This document shows positions 20,926 through 32,670 of a DNA stretch of 64,000 nucleotides, piece after piece (positions within the stretch are counted from its first letter, which is position 1; every line of letters begins with the position of its first letter). The DNA comes from Candidatus Eiseniibacteriota bacterium. GTDB lineage: Bacteria > Eisenbacteria > RBG-16-71-46. A program made the translations under genes and the position numbers. Under the pieces are notes generated by a model. The model made no database searches. It was not told the DNA's origin and was given only the letters and a program-made list of their open reading frames with translations. Where the stretch lies: contig CAVQXP010000004.1 in the NCBI GenBank assembly GCA_963717935.1, positions 480,001 to 544,000 of the forward strand. The letters are read 5' to 3'.

Positions 20926-21834
20926 CTACTGCGCCCCGGCGACGTCCTCGAAGAGGGCCTGGCGCGGGATGCCGTCGAGGAAGCCCGTGCTGACCTGCCC
21001 CTTCACGGTGATGACGTCGTGGGGCTTCGGCATCTGGGTGCGTGTGAAGGTCACGATCGTGTCGCGCCCCTGCACCAGGTAGAAGGCCCAGCCGGCGCCG
21101 ACGGTGAAGACGTCGTTCCCGACCCGACCACGCACGGTCACGGTCTGGCCGTCGAAGCGAGACGGATAACGTCGCAGTTCGGACAGCGAGGTGGTGCCCA
21201 CGCCGCGCGGCCACAACCAGCAGGCCATCAGGACGAGCGCCACGAGCGCCACCGCCACCGTGATCTGCGCCGGGCGGCTGGTGCGCAGGCCGTCGAGCGC
21301 GATGACCCACCATGGCTCCCGGAGGGCGGCGAGCGGGGGCGGGGGGGGTGCGACCTCGCGCGGAAGATCCTCGTCACGGCCGGGCAGCCCCCGGGGGTGG
21401 GCGGCGGGCGCCACGGAGGACCCATCCTCGACCGGTTCGGGCTCGACCGGCAGGGCCAGCTTGAGGGCCGGCACACTGCTCGCGACCGGCGCCCAGACCC
21501 CGGGCGGCGCGACGCGGCGCGGACGGACAGGCTCGGCAACGACCTCCGCTTCCACCGCTTCCTCGGCCTTCGCCCCCGGCGCTCCGGGCTCGTCGTCCGT
21601 CACGAGCGCGGGCGGGGGTGCGGGGGGGCCGCCCGGCCGCCTGAGGACGGGTTGCGGGAGCGTCTCGGGGGCCGCCTCGTCGGTGGTGTCGTCGTGCGGG
21701 TCGGGGGCCGCGTCCAGGCCGTCCGCAGGCCCCGTCAACCAGTCGGGGACGGCTCGAGGCGGGAACGGCAGGATTTTCCCCGGCTGGGAAATCCGCGGAT
21801 CATCGAACTCGAAATCGTCCGCTTCGGAAAACAC
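20926..21834 (-). CDS. Hypothetical membrane-anchored protein: acidic/Pro-rich N-terminus, one TM helix, C-terminal OB-fold-like domain
   Basis: SD GGAGG; TM 'ITVAVALVALVLMACWLWP'; 'PSRFDGQTVTVRGRV...ITVKGQV'. Confidence 0.7.
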   Translation of the reverse strand: MFSEADDFEFDDPRISQPGKILPFPPRAVPDWLTGPADGLDAAPDPHDDTTDEAAPETLPQPVLRRPGGPPAPPPALVTDDEPGAPGAKAEEAVEAEVVAEPVRPRRVAPPGVWAPVASSVPALKLALPVEPEPVEDGSSVAPAAHPRGLPGRDEDLPREVAPPPPPLAALREPWWVIALDGLRTSRPAQITVAVALVALVLMACWLWPRGVGTTSLSELRRYPSRFDGQTVTVRGRVGNDVFTVGAGWAFYLVQGRDTIVTFTRTQMPKPHDVITVKGQVSTGFLDGIPRQALFEDVAGAQ

Positions 21835-21954
21835 GATTCGAACCTCCGAGGGCCGGGCGCGGCCTGCTTGGGCTCGTTATCGGCAGGTGGACGGGGAGGG
21901 CTTAGCGCCCGATTCAGAGGACGCCGCCCGCGCTTCCTGCGTCCCGGGCGGGAC

Positions 21955-23369
<1,415 letters not shown>

Positions 23370-23373
<4 letters not shown>

Positions 23374-23840
23374 GTCAGACCTTCGAGAGCGGCCAGGGCG
23401 GCCTCGGTGCTGGGAATCTCCGTGGGCGTGGAGCTGATCTCGCGCCAGACGATGCGCCCCTGCTTGTCCACGACGAAGTACGCGCGGTTGCTGTAACCGC
23501 GCTCGGAGATGAGCACCCCGTATGCGGCGCAGGTCGAGCGGTCGAAGTCCGAGAGCAGCGGGAAGGACAGGCCCAGCTTCCGCGCGAACTCCTGGTTCGA
23601 GTACCACGAGTCCACGCTGATGCCCAGCACCTCGGCGTCGAGCGCCCGGAACCGCGCGATCTCCCGGTGGAGTTCGGGGAGCTGGTGCGCACACACGGGC
23701 GAGAACGCCAGGGGGTAGAAGGCCAGCAGCAGGTTCCGGTTGCCGCGATACTCGGACAGCATGAACGGCTGCCCCCCCGGGCCCCTGAGCTTGAATTCCG
23801 GAGCGGGTTGTCCCACGCCGGGCGGGTCGTTCACCTGCAT
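23370..23840 (-). CDS. Peroxiredoxin (AhpC/TSA family, AhpE-like)
   Basis: [42 protein letters not shown]. Confidence 0.9.
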
Positions 23841-23934
23841 GGAGCCTCCCGCGGAAAAGCCCGCCGCCCAACTTCGAGTCACACCATTATTCGGGGCCGC
23901 AGGCGCGTGTCAACCGGGACCTCCCCGGCCTTCG

Positions 23935-24543
23935 TCATCCGGCTCGCGAACGCCGGCCCGCGAGGCGGAGCGCGTCCTGGCTCGCGGCGGCCAGCTCCAC
24001 GACCGTGCGCACGCCCCGTTCGCTCTCCCAGCGCGCAGCCAGCACCCGCAGCAGCCGCGCGGTGGTGAGCGCGTCGCCCAGGGCCCGGTGCGCGGTCTCG
24101 GCCGGCAGGCCGAGGCGGGCCGCGAGCGCGCCCAGCGAGTTGCCGCCCTGGTCGAAGAGCCCGCGCGCCAGCCCGAGCGTGTCCACGACCGCGGGGAAGA
24201 ACGGCGGGCGGCCACCCCGGCGCAGGAGCGCGGCGAGGAACGGCAGGTCGAAGGCCGCGTTGTGGAAGACGAGCGGCAGACCCGCGCAGCGCCGCTCGAG
24301 CTCGGCGGCTACCACCGCCGGACCCGGGGCGTCCCGCACCATCGGGTCGGTGATGCCGTGCACGGCGGCCGCGTCCGGCGGGATGGGCCGACCCGGGTTC
24401 ACGAGCGTGGACCAGGTCTCGCCGATCTCGCCATCGTCGAGCGCGACACAGGCGACCTCGACGAGCCCGTGCCCCTGGCCGGGATCGAGCCCGGTGGTCT
24501 CGGTATCGAGCACCGCGAGCCGGGTGCCGTCGAAGAGGGTCAT
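23935..24543 (-). CDS. DEDDh 3'-5' exonuclease (DnaQ/PolC-like)
   Basis: VLDTETTG, VHGIT, HNAAFDLPFL, DTL.LAR, HRALGDA. Confidence 0.92.
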   Translation of the reverse strand: MTLFDGTRLAVLDTETTGLDPGQGHGLVEVACVALDDGEIGETWSTLVNPGRPIPPDAAAVHGITDPMVRDAPGPAVVAAELERRCAGLPLVFHNAAFDLPFLAALLRRGGRPPFFPAVVDTLGLARGLFDQGGNSLGALAARLGLPAETAHRALGDALTTARLLRVLAARWESERGVRTVVELAAASQDALRLAGRRSRAG

Positions 24544-24580
24544 ACGTTCGCCTCCGGTCCGGGCGCGGGTGCGGGCTGCA

Positions 24581-25099
24581 TCAGCGGCGCGGGCGGTCCC
24601 CGCCGGCCTTCCCGGCGCGCATGAAGTCTTCCAGTCTCTCGCCCCGGTCGGCGTGCCCGTCACCGATGAAGCGCAGCAGCAGCAGGAAGTCCTGGGGCGC
24701 CGAGTAGCCCGGGACGTTCCCGAGGTGGGCCCCTTTCGCGCCCAGGAACAGGGTCGTCGGATAGCCGGTCACGCCGAACCGCGCCGCCAGGGTGCGCGAG
24801 GTGTAGGTCCGCCCCTGGTAGTGCGCGGCGTCGCCGCTCTCGGCGTTGAGCTTCACCGTCACGAACTTGCGGGCGAGGTAGTCCTGCACGTCGGCCCGCG
24901 CGTAGACGTCCCGGTCCATGCGCTTACACCACCCGCACCAGTCCGTGTAGACGTCCACCAGCACCGGGCGGCCCGAGCTCCCGGCCTCGCGCAGGCCCGT
25001 GTCCCATGACCGCCACGCCGGGCCGGCAAGGGCGATCGCGGGGTGGAAGGAAAGCGTGACGGCCAGGGCGCAGAGCGCCGGGAACAGGGCGCGTCTCAT
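24581..25099 (-). CDS. Exported thioredoxin-fold protein (SoxW/DUF255-like)
   Basis: Signal peptide; DVYTDWCGWCKRMD; GYPTTLFL. Confidence 0.88.
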   Translation of the reverse strand: MRRALFPALCALAVTLSFHPAIALAGPAWRSWDTGLREAGSSGRPVLVDVYTDWCGWCKRMDRDVYARADVQDYLARKFVTVKLNAESGDAAHYQGRTYTSRTLAARFGVTGYPTTLFLGAKGAHLGNVPGYSAPQDFLLLLRFIGDGHADRGERLEDFMRAGKAGGDRPRR

Positions 25100-25283
25100 C
25101 GAAGCACCTCGAAGGTCTCGGGAAGCGTGAACGGCCGGGAGGTACGACTATCGTATCATGGGAGTCACGGACGCCCCGCCGGGATCCGGGGCTGCGGACC
25201 CCCGCCGGCCGCGGGGTGGCCCGGGTCCCGGCCGGGCGTCTCATGGCGCTGCGCCGGCCCGTCCCGACGCGCCCCGGGGTTGC

Positions 25284-26129
25284 TCAGCCGAACACCGTGT
25301 GCCGCAGCGTCTCCTCGATGCGGCGCGGGTCGAACCACGCGCCGCACAGGCGCACGGTACCGAACTGGCCGGGGTTCACCACCACCGTGCGGCCGATCCT
25401 GTCGCGCCAGGCGCCCGAGACCCGGGGTGACTCGTGGATGTGGCCGCTCAGAACGAGCGGCGGCTGGCGGCGCTCCACGAACGTCCGGATCGCGCGCGAG
25501 CCGACGTGGACCCGCGCGCCAATCAGGTCGCAGTGGGTGTCGCGCGGCGGCGAGTGCAGCACGTAGAGCGCTCCCGGGCCCGCCTGCGCCGCCAGCTCCT
25601 CGAGCGCGCCGGCGATCGTGGGCGAGCGCCGCGCGGGGTCGAAGCTCATGGGCTCGACCCCGCCGACGTGGCTCCGCCAGCCGTCCAGGCGGGGCGGATC
25701 CTCTTCGGCGGCGTCCTCCCAGCGTTCCCAGTCCTTCATGCCGAACGGCGTGATGGGCACCCAGGACAGGCCCGCGACCTCCACGCCATCCACCTTCACC
25801 ACCCGCCCGTGCAGCGCGCGCCAGAGCGCCCCATCGTGGGCCTCGAGCACGTCCTGGTTGACGCTCCAGTCGTCGTTGCCCATCAGCACCAGCAACTCGA
25901 GCCCCTGCGCCACCTCCCGCAGGCGGCGCGCGAACTCGACGAAGAAGCCCTGCAGGAAGAGCCGCTGGCGCCGCACGCCGTCCACGCCCGCCCCGTGGGG
26001 CGCAAGGTCGCCGCCCAGCAGCAGTGCCGCCGGGCGGTGCGCCGCCACGAGCGCCACCAGCTGCTCGTAGAGTGCGCCCTGGCCGTGCAGGTCGGAGGTG
26101 AAGAACCACTCGGACACGCTGGGCTCCAT
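25284..26129 (-). CDS. Icc-like metallophosphoesterase
   Basis: SDLHG, GGDL, MGNDD, LHSPP, SGHIHE, NPG. Confidence 0.9.
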   Translation of the reverse strand: MEPSVSEWFFTSDLHGQGALYEQLVALVAAHRPAALLLGGDLAPHGAGVDGVRRQRLFLQGFFVEFARRLREVAQGLELLVLMGNDDWSVNQDVLEAHDGALWRALHGRVVKVDGVEVAGLSWVPITPFGMKDWERWEDAAEEDPPRLDGWRSHVGGVEPMSFDPARRSPTIAGALEELAAQAGPGALYVLHSPPRDTHCDLIGARVHVGSRAIRTFVERRQPPLVLSGHIHESPRVSGAWRDRIGRTVVVNPGQFGTVRLCGAWFDPRRIEETLRHTVFG

Positions 26130-26364
26130 CGTAAAGGGGGTGCGCCGGGTCGGACTCTATCGGAGCGCTTCCGGCTCCCGCAACGGAGCCGGGGTGGCGG
26201 CCCCGCCAGGACGGCGCGGGGGCCCGCCGGGCCCGTGGCCTTCGGGGCGCCCCGGGCCACGGACACGACGACACCTTGACCTTCGCGCCCCCGGCTTCTG
26301 ATACTCTCGGGGTCGATCTGCCCCGCCTTCGTGACCTTTGCCGCCCTGCCGAAAGGAAGAGAGC

Positions 26365-27597
26365 ATGTTCCGGACGCCGCCCACCTTCGTGATCCTCTGG
26401 CTCGCCGCCCTGACGCTCGTGCTCGCGGCCGCCGCTCCGTGCACGGCTGCGGACCCGTCCGGTGAGTTGCTCCTGAATCCCGGCTTCGAGGACTCGCTCG
26501 AGACCCACCCCTGGATGCCCTCGGCCTGGGACACGTCCCAGACCGCCCTGCCCACGGTGTTCTTCGGGCGCGACACGCTCCTCGCGCACGGCGGCCGTTA
26601 CGCGGTGAGCGTCGCGAACACCAGCACGCTCGTGCCCACCTGGCACAACTGGAGCCAGACCGTCCTCGTGGGCCCGGAGTCGTGGGGAAAGGACCTGGTC
26701 TTCTCGATGTGGACGCGGAGCAACGGCCTCCAGGGTCGCGCCTACATCCTGCTGCAAGCCTACCGTGACACCATCGGCAAGATGACGAAGATCCTGGGCA
26801 TCCCGCGCGACCTCGCCGGAAGGCGCATCGGCATCAACAAGCTGGACGACCCCCTGCTCGACCTGGGCTGGAAGCGCGTCTACTTCAGCGAGCCCGAGAC
26901 CGACTGGGTGCGGCGCGAGGCGCGCGTGTTCGTGCCGCCCAGCACGAACGTGATCTACGCCCGCTGCGGACTGGTGGGCACGGGCCAGGTCATCTTCGAC
27001 GACGCCTCGCTCAGGCTGGAGACCGCGCGCCCCACCCCCCCCCCACCGTTGCACACGAACCTCCTCGTGGACCCCGGCTTCGAGGGTGACGGCAACGACT
27101 GGGAGTACTCCATGCCGCCGTACTCCGGCCTGCGCATCGACCGTGACACCACTCAGGCGCACTCCGGCAAGGCCTGCATCCGCTACACGGCCAGCAAGCA
27201 GGGCTACATCCAGGCCCGCGTGGGCGCCTGCCAGGTGTTGGGCCGGGGCCTCGCGGGCAACCGGGTGCGCCTTTCGGCCTGGGTGAAGACGGACAGCCTG
27301 ACGGGCTCGATGACCTACACGCGGCTCTACTGCAACAGCCTGAGCCGCGGGCTGGTCCAGAGCGAACCCGGGCAGAGCCTGAGTCTCACGAACGACTGGT
27401 CGCCGGTCTCCTTCGAGATGGACCTGCCGCCGGACGCAGTCGAGATCTGGGCGTGGTTCGCGTACAACGTGCCCGCGACGGGCACGGTCTACTACGACGA
27501 CGTCTCGCTGGAGGTGCTGGGCCCGGCGAGCACGGCGGCCCGGCCGGCAGTGGAGAAGCCCGCCGCGCCCACCGCGAAGAAGAAGCCCGCCCGCTGA
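26365..27597 (+). CDS. Secreted protein with two CBM4/9-like (galactose-binding-like) domains
   Basis: Signal peptide; repeated 'LL.NPGFE...AH.G...' and 'G.V.FDD.SL' motifs; promoter TTGACC-N18-GATACT upstream. Confidence 0.75.
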   Translation: MFRTPPTFVILWLAALTLVLAAAAPCTAADPSGELLLNPGFEDSLETHPWMPSAWDTSQTALPTVFFGRDTLLAHGGRYAVSVANTSTLVPTWHNWSQTVLVGPESWGKDLVFSMWTRSNGLQGRAYILLQAYRDTIGKMTKILGIPRDLAGRRIGINKLDDPLLDLGWKRVYFSEPETDWVRREARVFVPPSTNVIYARCGLVGTGQVIFDDASLRLETARPTPPPPLHTNLLVDPGFEGDGNDWEYSMPPYSGLRIDRDTTQAHSGKACIRYTASKQGYIQARVGACQVLGRGLAGNRVRLSAWVKTDSLTGSMTYTRLYCNSLSRGLVQSEPGQSLSLTNDWSPVSFEMDLPPDAVEIWAWFAYNVPATGTVYYDDVSLEVLGPASTAARPAVEKPAAPTAKKKPAR

Positions 27598-27664
27598 CGC
27601 CGGGGGCCGGGTCGCGCGTCGGAGCACGGCGCGCGCCCCGGCCGGGCCTGCGCATCCGCACGCA

Positions 27665-27694
27665 TTGACAACTGCCGGACCCGCGGCACACACT
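27665..27694 (+). promoter_or_regulatory. Sigma70-like promoter with no downstream protein gene
   Basis: Perfect TTGACA (27665-70), 18-nt spacer, CACACT (27689-94). Confidence 0.55.
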
Positions 27695-27699
27695 TCTGG

Positions 27700-28160
27700 T
27701 GCAGCCGGGCAGAAAGGCCTCCTTGGCAGGGAGCTTTCCGACCCGACCCGGGGTCGCGTTCGCTGCGCGCGACCCGTCGTACGCTCGAACTCGCGGAATC
27801 TACAAGAGCGAGGTGGTCCGCAGGGAGAGCGGTGCGGCCAAGCGGGGCGGGGGCTGCGCGACGCACGAAGCGCCCGCCCTGGCGATTCCCTCTCGTGTGG
27901 TCAGGAGCGTCCCCCCCCTCCTCACGACGCGCCTGGCAGCGGGGTTCCGCAGCGCAGGATTCATCGCGCGCACGCCGCGGGAGGCGCGCTTCGGTCGCGC
28001 TCCCGGACCCGCCAGCCACATCCAGCGCTCCCGCCCCGGGAACCCCCGCGTCACGCGGTCGTCACCGACAGCAGCAGCCACGCGAAGACGGCCGGATGCG
28101 CGTGAAGCCAGCGAAACCCGGGGGAAGACCCACTCCCTGACGAGCGGCCGTACGGCCGGC
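27700..28160 (+). ncRNA. Candidate large structured ncRNA (~450 nt), family unknown
   Basis: Follows the TTGACA promoter and sits between convergent genes; about ten nested helices identifiable by eye (see findings); no credible ORF. Confidence 0.55.
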
Positions 28161-28174
28161 GCGCCGGCATCGGA

Positions 28175-29095
28175 TCATGCGCGCGGCCCTTCGCCGCGCG
28201 CCAGCAGGAACGCCTGGCGGCAGGTCGCAAGGTGGATCTGGACGGTGTCGTCGAGGCGCCGCGCGTAGCCGCCGCCCAGCGTCACCGCCACGGGCACGCC
28301 GCGGCGCGCGCAGCCCTCCAGCACCATGCGGTCGCGCGCCTCCAGGCCTTCGAGCGTCAGCCCGAGCCCGCCCAGTTGGTCCTCGCGGTACGTGTCTGCC
28401 CCGGCCTGGTAGATCACCACCTCGGGCGCGGCGTCCCAGACCCGCTCGAGCGCCCGCTCGAGTTGCTCCAGATACTCGGCGTCGCCGGTCCCGTCCTCGA
28501 GACCCACATCGAGGTCGCCCGGTTCCTTCGGCATGGGGTAGTTCCGCTGCTGGTGGAGCGAGAGCGTGAAGACCGTGTCGTCGCCGCGGAACGCGCGCGC
28601 CGTGCCATTGCCCTGGTGCACGTCGCAGTCCACGACCGCGGCCCGCCGCACGCGGCCCTCGTGCTGCAGAGTGCGAATGGCGACGGCGATGTCGTTCAGG
28701 TAGCAGAAGCCCTCGGCGTGGTCGGGGTAGGCGTGGTGGAACCCCCCGCCCAGGTTGACTCCGAAGTTGCGCGCCAGGGCCTCGCGCGCCGCGAGCGTGG
28801 TGCCCCCTGCGGCCAGGCGATAGGCGCGCACGATGTCGTCGGTCAGCGGCAGTTCGGAGCTCATGGTGCGCAGGGTCCAGCGCAATTGCTCGAGGTCATC
28901 CACGTACTCGGCCGTGTGGACCCGCAGCAGGTCCTCGCGCGAGGCTGGCCCGGGCTCGAGGAAGGCGTCCCCGGCGACGTCACCCGCGTCCACCAGACGC
29001 TGTCGCAACAGCCCGTACTTCTCCATCGGGAAGACGTGGGCCCCGATGTCGCAGTGGTACCCGGGCGAGTGGACGACGGCGGCTTCTCGGACCAT
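28175..29095 (-). CDS. Histone deacetylase family protein (Zn-dependent)
   Basis: HVFPMEKY, GGGFHHA, GFCYLND, VDCDVHQGNGT, YQAGAD..DQLG, GGGY. Confidence 0.95.
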   Translation of the reverse strand: MVREAAVVHSPGYHCDIGAHVFPMEKYGLLRQRLVDAGDVAGDAFLEPGPASREDLLRVHTAEYVDDLEQLRWTLRTMSSELPLTDDIVRAYRLAAGGTTLAAREALARNFGVNLGGGFHHAYPDHAEGFCYLNDIAVAIRTLQHEGRVRRAAVVDCDVHQGNGTARAFRGDDTVFTLSLHQQRNYPMPKEPGDLDVGLEDGTGDAEYLEQLERALERVWDAAPEVVIYQAGADTYREDQLGGLGLTLEGLEARDRMVLEGCARRGVPVAVTLGGGYARRLDDTVQIHLATCRQAFLLARGEGPRA

Positions 29096-29191
29096 GAGAC
29101 GCATCGTGCCATGCGGCTCCGCGCGGCGCAAAGGCGGCTCGCGCGGCGCCTGTGTCGGCAGGCGCGGCTCGGTTACAATCTCCTTCCTGCC

Positions 29192-30439
29192 ATGACCGAC
29201 CGCACACCGCAGAACGCCCTCGCCTTCCGCCGTCTGAGGCGGGCGCTCGTCGTGCGCCGCCTCCGGCGGCTCGACCCCGTCCTGCGCCTCGAATTGGCCC
29301 TCCTCGGTGCGCTCGGCGCGGCGGGCATCGCGTGGCAGGTCCGCCTGCCGCTCGACCGGCTCGCGCGGAGCGGAGGACCGGGCACGGTCGCCACGGCCCT
29401 GGCCGCCGGGCTCGGCGCCTGCGCGGCGCTCGGCGGAATGGTCGCCTGCGCCGACCACGTGCGCCGTCTCGGCCGCCACCCCGCGGGCCCCGAGTGGCTG
29501 GCGCTGCCCCTCCCGCTCCAGGCCGTCGCCGGGCAGTCGGCGTGGGAGTCGGGACTGCACGCGTTCTGGGTGCTCCCGCTGGCCCTCGGCCTGTTGGCTG
29601 CGGCCGCGGGGCTCGTGCCGTGGTGGGCGCTCGTCGTCCTCGCCGCGGCCTTCCTCGCGCTCCTGATGCTCGGCAGCCGCGCGGGCGGAGCGTTCGCCGT
29701 GGAACTCGCCCGATGGCGCCCCGGCGCCATGCCGTCGCAACGGACGGGAACCCGCGCGCTCGAGCGGCTCTTCGTGACCACGCGGGCCGTGCGGGCCGCG
29801 AGGCGGGCCCCGGCGCGCTGGAGCGGCGGGGCCGCCCGCGCGTTCCTGCGCAAGGACCTCGCGCGCACGCTGCGCGGCACTCCGGCGCGCACGCGGGCCG
29901 CGGCCTGGGCGCTGCTGCTGGTCCTCGCGATCGCCGTCTGGGCGCTGCCGCTCGAGCCCCCGGCGGCGGCGACGTTCTCTGCCGTGCTGCTCCTGGCCGC
30001 GGCCGCCGCGCTGGCGGACTGGATGGTCGCTCTCTCGTCGGGCGACCCCTATCCGCTGCTGGCCGCGCTGCCCCTGCGTGCGCGTCGCGTGTGGACCCTG
30101 CGCGCGGCCGTCGTCGCCGCCGCGGCCGCCGTCACGGCCCTGCTCCTCGCGCTCGTCGCGTGGCCGCTCGAGATCGGAGCGCGCTCGCAGTTGGTCGCGG
30201 CCCTTGCGCTCGCCACGCTGCTCATCGGGACGCTGGGCGTGACCTACGGCGTGACGCTCTTCCCGCGGGTCGAGACCGCGCAGAGACTCGTCCTGCTCTG
30301 GCTCGCGCTCGCCCTGGCCGCGAGCGTCATGTTCCCGCTGGCGGGCTGGGTCATCCTGCTGGGGGCGCTTTTGCACGCCCTGCGGCGGCTCCGCGACCGC
30401 GTCACGCTCGCGGCCGACGTCGCGGCCGGGGAGCTGTGA
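29192..30439 (+). CDS. Putative ABC exporter membrane subunit
   Basis: Many hydrophobic helices, central 'RAFLRKDL..TLR'; stop overlaps the ATPase start (TGATG). Confidence 0.7.
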   Translation: MTDRTPQNALAFRRLRRALVVRRLRRLDPVLRLELALLGALGAAGIAWQVRLPLDRLARSGGPGTVATALAAGLGACAALGGMVACADHVRRLGRHPAGPEWLALPLPLQAVAGQSAWESGLHAFWVLPLALGLLAAAAGLVPWWALVVLAAAFLALLMLGSRAGGAFAVELARWRPGAMPSQRTGTRALERLFVTTRAVRAARRAPARWSGGAARAFLRKDLARTLRGTPARTRAAAWALLLVLAIAVWALPLEPPAAATFSAVLLLAAAAALADWMVALSSGDPYPLLAALPLRARRVWTLRAAVVAAAAAVTALLLALVAWPLEIGARSQLVAALALATLLIGTLGVTYGVTLFPRVETAQRLVLLWLALALAASVMFPLAGWVILLGALLHALRRLRDRVTLAADVAAGEL

Positions 30440-31182
30440 TGCTGGTCCTCGAGGGGCTGACGCGCCGCTACGGGGCGCGGCTCGCGCTCGACCGCGTGTC
30501 GCTCGAGGCGCACCCGGGCGAGATCCTCGGGCTCCTCGGGCCCAACGGAGCCGGCAAGAGCACCCTGCTGCGCACCGCCGCCGGGCTCCAGCCCGCGGAC
30601 GGCGGCCGCGTGAGCGTCGGCGGCGTCGACCTCGACCGGGACCCGATCGAGGCGCGGCGCCGTCTGGGCTACGCCGCCGAGGAGCCCGCCTTCTACGACG
30701 AGCTCTCGGCGGCCGAGCACCTCGCGTTCGTGGCCGCGATCCGCGGGCTCGCCCCGACCGCCGCGCGCGAGCGGTCCGAACGGTTGCTCGCCGCGCTCGA
30801 CCTGGCCGGACGCGCCGACGAGCCGGTGGCGGGCCTGTCGCACGGCATGCGCAAGAAGCTCTCGTTCGTGGCCGCCGTCCTGCACCGCCCGGCCGTGCTC
30901 CTGCTCGACGAGGCGCTCGAGGGCTTCGACGCCGCCTCGGCCCTCGCGGCGAAGCTCGAACTGCGCGAGTCCGCCACGAACGGCTCCGCCGTGCTGTTCG
31001 CGAGTCACGTCGTCGAGACGGTCGAGCGCCTCTGCGACCGCGTCGTCATCCTGCATTTCGGCCGGGTCGTCCGCACCCTCGCCCGCGCGGCGTGGGGCGG
31101 GCCCGAGCACGGGCCCTCCCCCCTCGAGCACGAGTTCCTTTCCATCGTCCAGAATCCACCCGCCCGGGAGGACCCCCGATGA
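30439..31182 (+). CDS. ABC transporter ATP-binding protein
   Basis: GPNGAGKST, LSHGMRKK, LLLDE, ASH. Confidence 0.92.
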   Translation: MLVLEGLTRRYGARLALDRVSLEAHPGEILGLLGPNGAGKSTLLRTAAGLQPADGGRVSVGGVDLDRDPIEARRRLGYAAEEPAFYDELSAAEHLAFVAAIRGLAPTAARERSERLLAALDLAGRADEPVAGLSHGMRKKLSFVAAVLHRPAVLLLDEALEGFDAASALAAKLELRESATNGSAVLFASHVVETVERLCDRVVILHFGRVVRTLARAAWGGPEHGPSPLEHEFLSIVQNPPAREDPR

Positions 31183-32670
31183 GATCCTTCGCACTGCTGT
31201 CCCTGCTGCTGCTCGTCTGCGCGTTCCCGGCGCTGGCGGAGCCCCCGGCGACGCCCGCCCGCGCACTGCTCACCCTGGCGGACACGCCCGCCAGCCTGCG
31301 CTCGCAGTTGCTCACCTACGCCGACTCCGCCGTCGACGCCGGCGACCACGTCGGCGCCGGCGAGGCGCTGAGCTACGCGGGCACGAGCTTCCAGCGCGAG
31401 GGCCGCCTGGACAGCGCCATCGTCTGCCACCGCCGCGCCCTCGAGCTGCTCGGCACGCGAGGAGCCGCTGCTGGCCCTCGTGGACCAGCTGCTGCTGCGC
31501 CGTGGCGCCGGGGACGCCGCCGAGGCGATCGGCGCCTCACCGACCGCGCGGGCGAACGTCCGAGCAGGCCGCGCCGGCTGCCCTCGTCGGCCGGATCGCG
31601 TGGGCGCATTTCCTCCAGGGGAAGGCCGACACCGCGGCGAAGCTCTTCGCCGCCGTCGAGCGCCAACTGCTCCCGCACCACGAGTGGCGCTTCCGCATGG
31701 CCCGCGTGGCGTTCGCGCTGAAGGACTACCGCCGGACCGTGGACCTGCTGCTGCCCGTCGCGGTCCGCGCGCGCGGCACCGACGACGAGGTGGTCGAGAT
31801 GCTCGAGCAGGCCGGCAAGGACCTCGGGATCGCGTCCCGCCTCAAGGCCGAGGTGCTCCGCGGGGTGGACGCCCACGATCAGCCCGAGACCGCGCTGGCG
31901 TCCTCGCTGGGCGGGCGGTTGCTCGCGCTCACCGCCTCGGACGGCTTCCCGCTCGGCGGCCTCCTCGTGCCCTCGGCCCGCGCGCCCGCCCGCGGCCGCC
32001 CGCGCTCCTGCGGTCCTGCTGCTCGCCCCGGGAGACACCCTCGCCTCCGGCGACAGTCTCGTCGTCGCTCTGCGCCGGCACGGCATCACGACCCTGCTGC
32101 TCTACCCGCGCGGTCACGGCGCGTCGGTGGCCCCCTCGTGCCCCTCGCCCGACGGCCTGGTTCGACCGCGAGGCGGCCCTGCAGGCGCGCATCGCGCGCG
32201 ATGTGCGCGACGCCGTTCGCGGGGTCCGGCGCGCCACCCCCGTGGACAGCACGCGCTACCTGGTCGCGGGCGTGGCGGCCAGCGCCACCATGGCGGTCGA
32301 GGCCGCGACCCTGGACCCGCGCGTGCAAGCGCTCCTGCTCGTGAGCCCCGCGCCCGCGCTGGTGGACCGCGGGCCGATGCGCGCGCGCCTGGCGCAACTG
32401 CGGCCTGCCGGTCTTCTTCCAGATCGCGCCCGACGACTTCGACGCGACCTACGCGATCACCGACGCCCTCTACCAGGCCGGCGACCGTCCGGCCTCGCGG
32501 GTGGTCGGAGTCCGCGATGGCGGGGCCAGGGCCTCGCCCAGTTCCGCGACGACCCGGCCCTGGCCGCGCGCTTCCTCGCCTGGCTCGACGCTACGCTGCA
32601 GGCCGGCGACGACCGCGCGAGGTCCGCCGCGCCGCGTCCCACTCCACCCGCACCACGCCGGCGAGGATGA
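31179..32670 (+). CDS. Secreted TPR-containing protein with C-terminal alpha/beta-hydrolase-like domain (frameshifted)
   Basis: Signal peptide MRSFALLSLLLLVCAFPALA; TPR-like helices; 'LTASDGFPLGG', 'YPRGHGAS', 'DPRVQALLLVSP'. Confidence 0.6.

Noticed and set aside
27698..28125. Group II intron (GTGCAG start; GCCGGATGCG resembles domain V)
   Set aside because: The domain V 3' strand and domain VI are not recognisable, no gene is interrupted and there is no RT ORF. A distant relationship cannot be excluded without a covariance-model search.
28110..28160. Hammerhead ribozyme (GAAA at 28113 and CTGACGA at 28137)
   Set aside because: The required stem III with a UH cleavage site and a stem II-GAAA arrangement cannot be built.
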